Source: Longimicrobiales bacterium
GTDB lineage: Bacteria; Gemmatimonadota; Gemmatimonadetes; Longimicrobiales; Gaopeijiaceae
Length of the DNA: 32,000 bases
NCBI GenBank assembly: GCA_965205315.1
Contig: CBDBGW010000002.1
Span: 440,684 to 472,683, forward strand
Direction: 5' to 3'
In this document: positions 31,590-32,000 of the stretch, piece after piece
How positions within the stretch are numbered: position 1 is the first letter of the stretch
How the letters are laid out: each line of letters starts with the position of its first letter
Made by a program: the position numbers and the translations under genes
The notes under the pieces: model-generated
What the model saw: only the letters and a program-made list of their open reading frames with translations
The model's database searches: none
What the model was told of the DNA's origin: nothing

Positions 31590-32000
31590 TTTCCCCGGCC
31601 GTGTTCTGGTATGAGGGGGATTGCCCGGCAGCGCGGCTGCATTTGGAAATTGACACCGTGTTTGGTCTCCACGGAACACCAGAACCGGAACCTGACGATT
31701 TTGAGCTGTGGCGTGGAACCAGATATGTCAATCATGGTGACAACGATCGTCCGTACTGGCTAATGACGTACCGTCCGTTCGTCAAATACGAAGAGAATTA
31801 CGAGGTCCGGCTGGAGCTCGTGCAGTATGTCGATGGCTACAGGCACGTGCATGCGTCGTGGACAGACTGGGTCGGTTACGGGCCCGCCGGCCAGAAATGC
31901 TGGGTTTACAGAGTCAAGCCTATGATGCCGGGACCTGCACTTCCAATGTCTGGGCTCGTCAACTCGGAAGCCTGCAAACTCCCCATTACAGTGGATCACT
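31590..32000 (+). pseudogene. 3' continuation of the IS-interrupted lipoprotein gene (open to the window end)
   Basis: Removing the IS and one GTT copy joins ..AEGNADG to FSPAVFWYEGDCPAARLHLEIDTVFGLHGTPEPEPDDFELWRGTRYVNHGDNDRPYWLMTYRPF..., an in-frame stretch of 137 stop-free codons reaching nt 32000. It is not in the ORF track because it has no start or stop. G+C is visibly lower than in the rest of the window. Confidence 0.7.

Overview
High-G+C bacterial DNA of unknown taxon. Many long ORFs in the six-frame track are antisense or off-frame artefacts; about 28 coding regions can be supported. Left part (1-5.4 kb, minus strand): a dedA/yqaA-like gene, a two-HKD phospholipase D/cardiolipin-synthase-like gene and two SLC13/DASS permeases. 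One of the permeases carries four TrkA-C domains; it is absent from the ORF track and was found by manual translation. Centre (5.9-15.4 kb), the most interesting part: a convergent cluster of sterol-type lipid-tailoring enzymes. It holds a KshA/Neverland-like Rieske oxygenase, a COG2907-like flavoprotein, an Erg6-like sterol C-24 methyltransferase and a cytochrome P450 with a GOLPH3/GPP34-like domain fused to its N-terminus. An AcrB-type RND permease sits upstream of the P450; its adaptor gene appears reduced to a roughly 100-codon remnant. No squalene/oxidosqualene cyclase is in the window. 16-22.2 kb holds a small membrane protein, VKOR, DsbA, an S9 (DPP-IV-like) peptidase with a poly-acidic insert, and a class-C-type serine hydrolase. 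Right part (22.2-32 kb) is an accessory island: two vapBC modules, one intact higBA, one orphan higA with a higB stump, another higB stump, a decayed MNT nucleotidyltransferase gene and an Ig-like/LamG-like lipoprotein. It also holds an AlbA_2 + HATPase_c_4 (Schlafen-like) protein with a helical-repeat tail, a 17-bp tandem array, and an IS3-family element with a 3-bp target duplication that splits a lipoprotein gene. Non-coding structure: a recurring AT-rich promoter-like box (TTNACA-N17-TACAYN, often containing the palindrome ATGTAA-N6/8-TTACAT), and a dispersed GC-rich intergenic repeat family filling four intergenic regions. All functional calls rest on motif and family recognition by eye; no database search was run.
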